Positions 1 to 12,600 of a stretch of 64,000 nucleotides of DNA are shown here, piece by piece. Origin of the DNA: Heterodontus francisci. Its lineage: Eukaryota. The stretch covers positions 52,236,430 to 52,300,429 of the forward strand of contig NC_090399.1 in assembly GCF_036365525.1 (NCBI RefSeq), in the 5' to 3' direction. The position numbers were made by a program, and so were the translations under genes. Position 1 is the first letter of the stretch, and the number at the start of each line of letters is the position of its first letter. The notes below the pieces were generated by a model. It was not told where the DNA came from. It saw nothing but the letters and a program-made list of their open reading frames with translations, and did no database searches.

Positions 1-213
1 AGGTTCCAGAGTAATGACAAGTCCCAAGTCAATGACAGGTTCCAGCGTAGTGAAGAGTCCCAGGGCAGTGACAGATTCCAGAGTAGTGACAGTTCCCAGA
101 CTGGTGACAGTTCCCAGGGTCATGACAGGTCCCAGGGTAGTGACAGTTTCCAGGGTAGTGGCAGGTTTCAGAGCAATGACAGACCTCAGACTAGTGTCAG
201 ATCCTAGGCAGTG
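1..213. repeat. Degenerate 18-bp tandem repeat (truncated by window start)
   Basis: Repeating unit close to GTGACAGGTTCCAGAGTA, about 12 copies. Confidence 0.8.
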
Positions 214-789
214 ACTTGTGTGCTCGAATGCCTGAGGCTGAGTTACACCTACATTATTTAATCCCCTATGAACTCCCATCCCTCATTTTAATTTGGAAGC
301 ATTCAGAGTGAGGGCTCTGGCACAATGTGTACCTTACCCAAGTGGATAAATGTGGTGGGCATTGAAGCATATATATATATATTTTTTGAAGAGATTGTGC
401 TGCTGATAGCATGGCTTCCTTGTTTCATTCAGAATTCCTATTTGCAATATTGGTGACCTGCAAATCAGTCACTGGAGGTAAATCATGGGTTGCAGGACAC
501 CAGCAGTGCAACCTCCAAAACACCCTTTTCTTTTCACACCTATTGCTGCCTCATTAATCCATTAAATGCAAATATTGCACTGGTGTTTATTTTCAGAGAA
601 TAGAAATGAACAGCAGAATAGTTATGCTGAATCTGTACAGAATCTTAGTTAGACCACACTTAGAGTTCCTGTCTCCTTGTTACAGATAGGAACAGAAACA
701 CTGGCATAATCCATCCGGGCCGAATGTCCTATGTACATGCTGTGAATACAATGTTATTCCAAGCACACAAACGATCTTTTATTGATTTT

Positions 790-1101
790 TTTTAAATTTA
801 GAGATACAGCACTGAAACAGGCCCTTCGACCCACCGAGTCTGTGCCGACCAACAACCACCCATTTATACTAACCCTACAGTAATCCCATATTCCCTACCA
901 CCTACCTACACTAGGGGCAATTTACAATGGCCAATTTACCTATCACCTGCAAGTCTTTGGCTGTGGGAGGAAACCGGAGCACCCGGCGAAAACCCACGCA
1001 GTCACAGGGAGAACTTGCAAACTCTGCACAGGCAGTACCCAGAATTGAACCCGGGTCCCTGGAGCTGTGAGGCTGCGGTGCTAACCACTGCGCCCTGTGC
1101 C
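790..1101 (-). mobile_element. tRNA-derived V-SINE (HE1-like)
   Basis: Reverse strand reads GGCGCAGTGGTTAGC (A box) ... GGGTTCAATTC (B box), central V-domain-like GAGTTTGCAAGTTCTCCC...GGGTGCTCCGGTTTCCTCCCAC, and CR1-type tail GAAGGGCCTGTTTCAGTGCTGTATCTCTAAA. Confidence 0.85.
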
Positions 1102-1315
1102 TTGCTTACACTGGGAAAACAAAATGTCAGCTGTTGATCCTTTGTCAGAATGGAGAATTTCCAGATAAGAGAGCTCTTTTATGGAACTGAATAAAAAACA
1201 GGGACAGAGATAATCAGCAGAATGCCCTGGCAGATTTTTAAAAGAGATGAAACCTGTTAATGATCACCACAGTGAGGCAATGAAAGACATAAACAGGCAG
1301 TTGGAACAGTTGCTA

Positions 1316-2390
1316 TTTACAGTTCGGCTACAGGAGTTCAATGGTTGAGAAATGTCACTAAAATGTGAATAGACGCATATGAATGTGTGGTCAGATTGCA
1401 CCAGCTATCTCTTAACTAGTACATTCATGAAGTCACTCCATTGCCTCTGTGTTTCTGAATTTGGCTCCCAGTTTGTTTTAAGAGTTCAGTTAAAAGTCCT
1501 GTTGGTTCCTTGGAAATAAAGCTTGGTCCATTTGCGGCAACTGTCAATTTAAAAACTGCCTTCACAGTACAGCCGCTGGATCATTTAAATGCAGGCTTCT
1601 TTTAAGTTGAATGCGTTCTTCCTGAAAGACTGTTTACATAGTGTGCCGATGCAATGCTAACACAGAGACTGCAGCATGGCTGGTGGAAGGCTGCTGACTT
1701 TAAATGGGCCTTGCAGGATGCCCTGGAGCAACTCTGGGCCTTGAGGACCCACCTTCAGACTGCACCTGCAGTGCGTCAGCAATCCTAGTGACCTGCTGGA
1801 GGACAGATTGCTGGACTGCTGTGGGAGCCTGGGAGCCCCTTTGTGCACTGGTATTCACAGCCAGGATGGAGCAGTGTGAGCCTGCAGGGCATCAAGCTGG
1901 ACTTGCATGGAAACAAACATGGATCTCATGACCTTAGTCTGAGCTTTCACTGCAGCACTCACCTCTCACAGCTTGTATGTATTATCAACTATTCAAATGT
2001 GGCAGGCAATTCACCCAAACACATTGCAACACACATTCTGACACACTTCCCTCAACTTGCAGCACAAGGCAGCCGACAATAGATGGCAGCAACAGAATAT
2101 CAATTTAAAAAAACAAACAAATAAAGGGTAAGAGTTTATGATCTGAAATTGTTGAACACAGTGTTGAGTCCAAAAGGCTGTAAAGTGTCTAATTGAAAGA
2201 TGAGGTGTTGTTCCTCGAGCTCACATTGAGCTTCAATGGAACCGTGTAGCAGACCAAGAACAGAGAGGCGAGTGTGGGAGTGGAGTGCAGAATTAAAATG
2301 ACAGATAAATGGAGGGTTGGGGTCACTGGACTGCGAACAGGACTAAGTCTTCTGCAAAGCGACCACCCAATTTGCATTTGGTCTCATGTC
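1316..2390 (+). repeat. Local duplication, copy 1 (about 1.1 kb)
   Basis: Near-identical to 5538-6625; the ORF track shows the same small ORFs offset by 4235 bp. Confidence 0.9.
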
Positions 2391-2760
2391 AGTTGCAGTG
2401 TCTGTTTTGCACAAACCATCATGTCAGTTACAGTGTCTGTTTCACACACACCATCATTTCAGTTAAAGTGCCCGTTCCGCGCACACCATCATGTCAGTTA
2501 CAGTGTCTGTTTCACAAGCAGCATAATGTCAGCTACAGTGTCTGTTTCACAACCACCATTCTGTCAGTTACTGTGTCTGTTCAACAAACACCATCATGTC
2601 AGTTACACTGTCTGTTTCACACACACCATCATGTTAGTTACAGTGTCTGTTCCACACACACCATCATATCAATTACAGTGTCTGTTTCACACACACCAGC
2701 ATGTCAGTTACAGTGTCTGTTCTACACACACCATCATGTCAGTTTCAATGAGTTTCTGTT
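2385..2760 (+). repeat. 35-bp satellite, short forward array
   Basis: Unit CATCATGTCAGTTACAGTGTCTGTTTCACACACAC. Confidence 0.95.
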
Positions 2761-2775
2761 CTTCATGTCATGCTA

Positions 2776-3797
2776 TGTGGAACAGACACTGTAACTGACA
2801 TGATGGTGTGTGTGGAACAGACACTGTAACTGACATTATTTTGTGTTTGGCACAGACACTGTAACTGACATGATGGTGCATGTGAAACAGGCACTGTAAC
2901 TGTCATGATGGTGTTTGTGAAACAGACACTGTAACTGACATGATGGTGCATGTGAAACAGACACTGTAACTGACATGATGGTGCATGTGAAACAGGCACT
3001 GTAACTGACATGATGGTGCATGTGAAACAGGCACTGTAACTGTCATGATGGTGTTTGTGAAACAGACACTGTAACTGACATGATGGTGCATGTGAAACAG
3101 GCACTGTAACTGTCTTGATGGTGTTTGTGAAACAGACACTGTAACTGACATGATGGTGCATGTGAAACAGGCACTGTAACTGACATGATGGTGCATGTGA
3201 AACAGGCACTGTAACTGTCTTGATGGTGTTTGTGAAACAGACACTGTAACTGACATGATGGTGCATGTGAAACAGGCACTGTAACTGACATGATGGTGCA
3301 TGTGAAACAGGCACTGTAACTGTCATGATGGTGTTTGTGAAACAGACACTGTAACTGACATGATGGTGCATGTGAAACAGGCACTGTAACTGTCTTGATG
3401 GTGTTTGTGAAACAGACACTGTAACTGACATGATGGTGCATGTGAAACAGGCACTGTAACTGACAAGATGGTGTTTGTGGAACAGACACTGTAATTGACA
3501 AGATGGTGTTTGTGGAACAGACACTGTAACTGACATGACGGTGCATGTGAAACAGGCACTGTAACTGACAAGATGGTCTTTGTGGAAAGACACTGTAACT
3601 GACATGACGGTGCATGTGGAACAGACACTGTAACTGACAAGATGGTCTTTGTGGAACAGACACTGTAACTGACATGACGGTGCATGTGAAACAGGCACTG
3701 TAACTGACAAGATGGTCTTTGTGGAACAGACACTGTAACTGACATGACGGTGCATGTGAAACAGGCACTGTAACTGACAAGATGGTCTTTGTGGAAC
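2776..3797 (-). repeat. 35-bp satellite, inverted array
   Basis: Unit GTGAAACAGACACTGTAACTGACATGATGGTG.., the reverse complement of the forward unit. Confidence 0.95.
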
Positions 3798-3799
3798 AT

Positions 3800-4700
3800 C
3801 AAAGCCAAGAGGAGATTGTTCGCTAGATGTGCTTCACTAAGGAGGTTCTCACAGAACTGTGCTACATCTTGCAAGTGAACCAGCAGACTCAGAACAGGGG
3901 GAGGACGGCCTTGCTAGTGGCTGTCCAGGGAACTATAGCCCAGTGAATTCTTCCAGGCTGACACAGGTGACATTGCCAACGTATTGAAGTTAGACATCTA
4001 TCGCTACATCCGGGATGTCACATAAGATCTGCATGTAAGGAGAGGGAGCTTAATTCCCTAATCAGAGAGAATCAGGAGGAGCAGGAGGAGCAGGCATTTA
4101 GTTCTTCTGGTGTAGCAGGCTTACCCATGGTGCAGGGAGCGATCAACTGCACATACATGATATTATGGCTGCTGCATCTGAATGGAGAAACATGCAGAAA
4201 TCATAAGGGGCTGCACTCACTGAACATGCAGCTGGTGTGCAACCATGCCCAGCACCTTCTTGTTGGTGAATGCCCATTATCCTGGCAGCAGACATGATGC
4301 TTTCATCCTGTGCCAGTCTTTAATCCCAGCTACCTTTGAGCCACCATGTTGAACTTGAGGGTGGCTGCTCAGTGACAAGGCCTATCTGCTGTAGACATGA
4401 CTGATGACCCCCCCCTGCAACTCTCACATAATGAGAGCCGTGCTGCAGTGAGGAAAGTCATAGAGCAGACCATCAGCATGCTGAGGCAAAGGTTCCTTTG
4501 CCTGGAGCACACGGGTGAGTCCATACAGTGCTTGTTGGAGCCTATCTCCGGATTCATGGCGATCTGCTGTGCCCCCTACAACATGACTATCATGAAGGCA
4601 CAGCCCTCACCAACAGGGCTTCTGTGACAACCTGAGGAGAAGGAGGAAGAAGATGAGGGAGAAGGAGGAGGCAGTCAGCACATCCGCATTCTGGACGGAT
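3800..4700 (+). mobile_element. PIF/Harbinger (HARBI1-like DDE) transposase remnant
   Basis: Frameshifted motifs VQGAINCT, RNHKGLHSLNMQLVC, YPGSRHDA, WLLSDKAY, HNESRAAVRKVIEQTISMLRQRFLCL, followed by an acidic GAG/GAA tail. Confidence 0.8.
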
Positions 4701-5537
4701 TATCTGTTACGGTATTGTGACACTCCAGTTCCCCTGAATGAGTCCCCAGATCACCATTGCTCAACTCTTCTTCATCTTACCTTCCCTCTGATACAGACCA
4801 TCTCAGCGTCCTCTTGGCCACAATCCTGAAGTAAAAGACGCCACAAAACAAACATTCTATACCAACATTATCCAACAACATACCCAATACTCCACACAAT
4901 ACCGAAATAATCGCCCTTGTGCATTCCCAGAATGTCGGTCTTACATGAACCTTTGCCTGTTCTTAAACTCTTAACTCTAAAGTCCAACCTCAACCCATTC
5001 AGGTGGAGAAAATACTCCAGGTTCATGGCTCAGTATATTCGGTATTCTTTTAACAGTTTATTTTGCCCTTGATAACTTACGAACATCAGTACCCTGCTCC
5101 CTTTAAGCTAAATCAATACGCACAAACACTGTCCCTTTATTTCTGAACTGTAATCATCCTGTCGATCACTCAGAGGAGTACGTTCCCATCTGTGTGAATG
5201 ATTAATCCCGCTCACAGTTCCCTTGCACATCGCTGCTCTTGTCCCTGAACACACATTTCGTATAGTAGAAAAATCACAACCATGACAATAATTAACATAC
5301 ACCCTTCCTGCTTTTGATTGTAACTACTTAAATCTTGCTACAATTCCACATCCTGGTCCCTGAACAGTGTATTACATATGAAGGTGTTTCAATGGGGAAG
5401 AATCTGTCTTATCAGCACCAAGAGATTGGTGATGAGTTTCATCCCAATGAAACAGTTTCTGGGATTAGCATTTACAAGGGATGTAGGTGTCCACCCAAAC
5501 ATACTGGAACCCTTGACTTGTTCGCTTGTAAGTACCG

Positions 5538-6625
5538 CTTACAGTTTGGCTACAGGAGTTCAATGGTCAAGATAAGTCACTTAAACCTGAATAGATGCAT
5601 ACCATTGGGTGGACTGATTGCACCAGCTATCTCTTAAGTAGAATATTCATGAAGACATTCCATTGCCTCTGTGTTTCTGTATGAATAATTTTATTTCAGC
5701 TCCCAGATTGTTGTAAGAGCTCAGTTAAAAGTCTTGTTGGTTCCTGGGGTATGAAGCCTAGTCCGTTTGTGGCAATTGTCAATTTACAAACTGTCTTCAC
5801 AGTACAGCTGATGGATCCTTTAAATGCAGGCTTCCTTTAAGTTGAAAGCGTTCTTCCTGAAAGACTGTCGACACAGTGTGCCGATGCAATGCTAACACAG
5901 AGACTGCAGCATGGCTGGTGGAAGGCTGCTGACTTTAAATGGGCCTTGCAGGATGCCCTGGAGCAACTCTGGGCCTTGAGGACCCACCTTCAGACTGCAC
6001 CTGCAGTGCGTCAGCAATCCTAGTGACCTGCTGGAGGACAGATTGCTGGACTGCTGTGGGAGCCTGGGAGTCCCTTTGTGCACTGGTATTCACAGCCAGG
6101 ATGGAGCAGTGTGAGCCTGCAGGGCATCAAGCTGGACTTGCATGGAAACAAACATGGATCTCATGACCTTAGTCTGAGCTTTCACTGCAGCACTCACCTC
6201 TCACAGCTTGTATGTATTATCATCCATTCAAATGTGGCAGGCAATTCACCCAAACACATTGCAACACACATTCTGACACACTTCCCTCAACTTGCAGGAC
6301 AAGGCAGCCGACAATAGATGGCAGCAACAGAATGTCATTTAAAAACACCAAACAAATAAAGGGTAAGAGTTTATGATCTGAAATTGTTGAACACAGTGTT
6401 GAGTCCAAAAGGCTGTAAAGTGTCCAATTGAAAGACGAGGTGTTGTTCCTCGAGCTCACATTGAGCTTCAATGGAACCGTGTAGCAGACCAAGAACAGAG
6501 AGGCGAGTGTGGGAGTGGAGTGCAGAATTAAAATGACAGATAAATGAAGGGTTGGGGTCACTGGACTGCGAACAGGACTAAGTCTTCTGCAAAGCGATTA
6601 CCCAATTTGCATTTGGTCTCATGTC
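5538..6625 (+). repeat. Local duplication, copy 2 (about 1.1 kb)
   Basis: Matches 1316-2390; both copies run directly into the 35-bp satellite. Confidence 0.9.
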
Positions 6626-9600
6626 AGTTGCAGTGTCTGTTTTGCACAAATCATGATGTCAGTTATAGTGTCTGTTTCACAAACACCATCATGTCAGTTA
6701 CAGCGTCTGTTACACAAACACCATCATGTCAGTTAGTGTCTTTTCCACAAACACCATAATGTCAATTATATTGTCTGTTCCACAAACACCATCATGTCAA
6801 TTACAGTGTCTGTTCAACAAACACCATCATGTCAATTATATTGTCTGTTCCACAAACACCATCATGTCAGTTACAGTGTCTGTTTCACAAACACCAAGAT
6901 GTCAGTTACAGTGTCTGTTCCACACACACCATCATGTCAGTTACAGAGTCTGTTCCACACAGACCAAGATGTCAGTTACAGTGTCTGCTCCACACACACC
7001 ATTATGTCAATTATATTGTCTGTTTCACAAACACCATCATGTCAGTTACAGTGTATGCTCAACAAACACCATCATGTCAGTTACAGTGTCTGTTTCATAC
7101 ACACCATCATGTCAGTTATGATGTCTGTTTCACAAACACAATCATGTCAATTACAGTGTCTGTTCCACAGGCACCATCATGTCAGTTACAGTGTCAATTC
7201 CACACAAACCATCATGTCAGTTACAATGTCCGTTCCACACACATCATGTTGTCATTTACAGTGTCTGTAACATAAACACTATCATGTCAATTATAGTGTC
7301 TGTTGAACAATCACCATCATGTCAGTTACAGTGTCTGTTCCACACACACCATCATGTCAGTTGCAGTGTCTGTACCACACACACGCATGTCAGTTACAGT
7401 GTCTGTTCCACAAACATCATCATGTCAGTTACAGTGTCTGTTTCACACACACCATCATGTCAGTTATAGTGTCTGTTCCACACACACCATCATGTCAGTT
7501 GCAATGACTGGACCACACACACCATCATGTCAGTTACAGTGTCAATTCCACACAAACCATCACGTCAGTTACAATGTCCGTTCTACACACACCATGTTGT
7601 CATTTACAGTGTCTGTAACACAAACTCTATCATGTCAATTATAGTGTCTGTTGAAGAATCACCATTATGTCAATGACAGTGTCTGTTGCACACAAACCAT
7701 CATGTCAGTTACAGTGTCTCATCCACACAAACCATCATGTCAGTTACAGTGTCTGTTCCACACAAACCATCATGTCAGTTAAAGTGTCTGTTCCACACAA
7801 ACCATCATGTCAGTTAAAGTGTCTGTTCCGCACACACCATATTATCATTTACAGTGTCTGTAACACAAACACCATCATGTCAATTATAGTGTCTTTTCCA
7901 TAGGGACCATCATGTCAGTTACAGAGTCTGTTCAACAAACACCATCATGTCAGTTATATTTTCTGTTCCACACACACCATCATGTCAGTTACAGTGTCTG
8001 TTTCACACCCACCATCATGCCTGTTTCAGTGTCTGTTTCACACGCACCATCATGTCAGTTACAGTGTCAATTCCACACACACCATCATCTCAGTTACACT
8101 GTCTGTTTCACACACACCATCATGTCAGTTACAGTGTCTGTTCCACACACACCATCATGCAAGTTGCAGTGTCTGTTTCACAAACACCATCATGTCAGTT
8201 ACAGTGTCAATTCCACAAATACCACCATGCCAGTTACAGTTTCAATTCCACACACACCATCAGGTCAGTTACAGTGTCTGTTTCACACACACCTTCATGT
8301 CAGTTACAGTGTCTGTTTCACACACACCATCATGCCAGTTGCAGTGTCTGTTTCACAAACACCATCATGTCAGTTATATTGTCAATTCCACAAACACCAT
8401 CATGCCAGTTACAGTGTTTGTTTCACATGCATCATCATGTCAGTTAGTGTCAATTCCACAAACACCATCATGCCAGTTACAGTTTCTGTTCCACAGGTGC
8501 CATCATGCCAGATAGAATGTCTGTTCGACAGGCACCATCATGTCAGTTACAGTGTCAATTCCACACAAACCATAATGTCAGTTACAGTGTCTGTTCCACA
8601 CACACCACCATGTCAGTTACAGTGTCTGCTCCACACACACCATCATGCCAGTTACAGTGTCTGTTCCACACACACCATCATGTCAGTTACAGTGTCTGTT
8701 CCACAAACACCATCATGCCAGTTACAGTGTCTGTTTCACACACACCATCATGTCAATTATAGTGTCTGTTGAACAATCACCATCATGTCAGCACAGTGTA
8801 TGTTCCACACAGACCATCATGTCAGTTGCAGTGTCTGTACCACACACAGACATGTCAGTTACAGTGTCTGTTCCACACACACCATCATGTCAGTTACAGT
8901 GTCTGTTTCACACCCACCATCATGCCTGTTTCAGTGTCTGTTTCACACACACCATCATCTCAGTTACAGTGTCTGTTTCACACACACCATCATCTCAGTT
9001 ACAGTGTCTGTTTCACACACACCATCATGTCAGTTACAATGTCTGTTCCACACACACCATCATGCCAATTACAGTGTGTGTTTCACATGCATCATCATGT
9101 CAGTTAGTGTCAATTCCACAGTCACCATCATGCCAGATAGAATGTCTGTTCAACAGGCACCTTCATGTCAGTTACCGTGTCTGTTCCACGCACACCATCA
9201 TGTTAATTGCAATGTCTGCTCAACAAGCACCATCATGTCAGTGACAGTGTTAATTCCACACACAACATAATGTCAGTTACAGTGTCTGTTTCACAAACAC
9301 CATCATGTCAGTTACAGTTTCTGTTCCACAGGCGCCATCATGCCAGATAGAAAGTCTGTTCGACAGGCACCATCATGTCAGTTACAGTGTCTGTTCCGCA
9401 GTCGCCATCATGCCAGATAGAAAGTCTGTTCGACAGGCACCATCATGTCAGTTACAGTGTCTGTTCCACACACACCATCATGTTAGTTCCAATGCCTGTT
9501 CAACAAACACCATCATGTCAGTAACAGTGTCAATTCCACACACACCATAATGTCAGTTACAGTGTCTGTTTCACAAACACCATCATGTCAGTTACTGTGT

Positions 9601-12600
9601 CTGTTCCACACACACCATCATGTCAGTTACAGTGTCTGTTTCACAAACACCATCATGTCAGTTACTGTGTCTGTTCCACACACACCATCATGTCAGTTAC
9701 AGAGTCTGTTTCAAACACACCATTATGTCAGTTGGAGTGGCTGTTTCACTTGCACCGTCATGTCAGTTATAGTTTCTGTTTCACACGCACCATCATCTGA
9801 GTTACAGTGAATGCTTCGCGCTCACCATTATGTCAGTTACAGTGTCTGTTTCACAAACACCATCATGTCAGTTACAGTGTCAATTCCACAAACACCATCA
9901 TGTCAATTACAGTGCCTGTTCCAAGAACACCATCATGTCAGTTACAGTGTCAATTCCACACACACCATCATGTCAATTACAGTGCCTGTTCCAAGAACAC
10001 CATCATGTCAGTTACAGTGTCCGTTCCACGAACAACATCTTGTCAATTACAGTGTCTGTAACACTAACACAATCATGTCAGTTACAGTGTCTGTTTCACA
10101 CCCACAATCATGTCTATTTCAGTGTCTGTTTTACACACATCATCATGTCAGTTACAGAGTCAATTCCACGCACACCATCATCTCAGTTACATTGCCTGTT
10201 TCACACACACCATCATGTCAGTTACAGTGTCTGTTCCACACACACCATCATGTCAGTTACAGTGTCACTTCCACAAACACCATCATGCCAGTTACAGTGT
10301 CAATTCCATACACACCATCATGTCAATTACAGTGCCTGTTCCAAGAACACCATCATGTCAGTTACAGTGTCCGTTCCACAAACAACATCTTGTCAATTAC
10401 AGTGCCTTTAACACAAACACCATCATGTCAGTTACAGTGTCTGTTTCACACCCACCATCATGCCTGTTTCAGTGTCTGCTTCACACGCACCATCATGTCA
10501 GTTACAGAGTCAATTCCACACACACCACCATGCCAGTTACAGTGTCCATTCCACACACACCATCATGTTAGTTCCAATTTCTGTTCAACAAACACCATCA
10601 TGTCAGTTGCAGTGTCAATTCCACACACACCATCATGTCAGTAACAGTTTCTGTTCCACAGGCGCCATCATGCCAGATAGAATGTCTGTTCGACAGGCAC
10701 CATCATGTCAGTTACAGTATCTGTAACACAAACACCATCATGTCAGTTACAGTGTCTGTTTCACACCCACCATCATGTCTGTTTCAGTGTCTGTTTTACA
10801 CACATCATCATGTCAGTTACAGAGTCAATTCCACGCACACCATCATCTCAGTTACATTGCCTGTTTCACAAACACCATCATGTCAGTTACAGAGTCAATT
10901 CCACAAATACCATCATGCCAGTTACAGTTTCAATTCCACACACACCATCATGTCAGTTACTGTGCCTGTTTCACAAACACCATCATGTCAGTTACAGTGT
11001 CACTTCCACAAACACCATCATGCCATTTACAGTGTCAATTCCATACACACCATCATGTCAATTACAGTGCCTGTTCCAAGAACACCATCATGTCAGTTAC
11101 AGTGTCCGTTCCAGAAACAGCTTCTTGTCAAATACAGTGTCTCTAACACAAACACCATCATGTCTGTTTCAGTGTCTGTTTTACACTCACCATCATGTCA
11201 GTTACAGTGCGAGTTCCGAAGAAGGGTCACTGACCCGAAACGTTAACTCTGCTTCTCTTTCCACAGATGCTGCCAGACCTGCTGAGTGATTCCAGCATTT
11301 CTTGTTTTATGTCAGTTGCAGTGTCTGTTTCACAAACACCATCATGTCAGTTACAGTGTCTGTTCCACACACACCATCATGTCCGTTACAGTGTCTGTTT
11401 CACACCCACCATCATGCCTGTTTCAGTGTCTGTTCCACACACACCATCATGTCAGTCACAGTGTCTGTTTCACACACACCATCACGTAAGTTACAGTGTC
11501 TGTTCTACAAACACTATCATGTCCGTTACAGTGTCTGTTTCACACACACCATCATGTCAGTTTACTGTGTCTGTTTCACACACACCATCATGTCAGTTAC
11601 AGTGTCAATTCCACACACACCATCATGCCAGTTGCAGTGTCAATTCCACACACAGCATCATGTCAATTACAGTGTCAATTCCACAAACACCATCATGCCA
11701 GTTACAGTGTCAATTCCTCACACACCATCATGTTAGTTACAGTGTCTGTTCGACAGGAACCATCATGTCAGTTATATGTGTCTGTTCCACACACACTATC
11801 ATCTCAGTTACAGTGTCTGTTTCACGTACTCCATCGTGTCAGTTACAGTGTCTGTTCCACATGCACCATCATGTCAGTTACAGTGTCTTTTCCACACACA
11901 CCATCATGTCAGTTACAGTGTCTGTTTCACACACACCATCATGTGAGTTACAGTGGCTGTTTCACATGCACTGTCATGTCAGTCATACTGTCTGTTCCAC
12001 GCACACCATCATGTCAGTTTTAGTGTCTGTTCCACACACACCATCATGTCAGTTACAGTGACTTTTCCACACACACCATCATGTCAGTTCCAGTGTCTGT
12101 TTCACACACACCATCATGTAAGTTACAGTGGCTGTTTCACATGCACCGACATGTCAGTTATAGTGTCTGTTTCACATGCACCGTCATGTCAGTTACAGTG
12201 TCTGTCTCACACACAGCATCATGTTCGTTACAATGTTTGTTCCACAGGCACCTTCATGTCAGTTCCAGTGTCTGTTTTACACACATCATCATGTCAGTTC
12301 CAGTGTCTGTTTCACACACACCATCATGTAAGTTACAGTGGCTGTTTCACATGCACCGTCATGTCAGTTATAGTGTCTGTTTCACATGCACCGTCATGTC
12401 AGTTACAGTGTCTGTCTCACACACAGCATCATGTTCGTTACAATGTTTGTTCCACAGGCACCTTCATGTCAGTTCCAGTGTCTGTTTTACACACATCATC
12501 ATGTCAGTTCCAGTGTCTGTTTCACACACACCATCATGTAAGTTACAGTGGCTGTTTCACATGCACCGTCATGTCAGTTGCAGTGTCTGTTTCACATGCA

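Noticed and set aside
1040-1101. tRNA gene
   Set aside because: The A/B boxes belong to a SINE head followed by SINE body and tail; the same applies to the LINE head at 39012-39086.
3800-4700. Host HARBI1 gene
   Set aside because: Multiple frameshifts, stops and mutated catalytic motifs; a transposon fossil.
4950-5537. Possible LTR/ERV fragment or exon (100-aa ORF 5335-5637)
   Set aside because: No recognisable motif; cannot be supported without a search.
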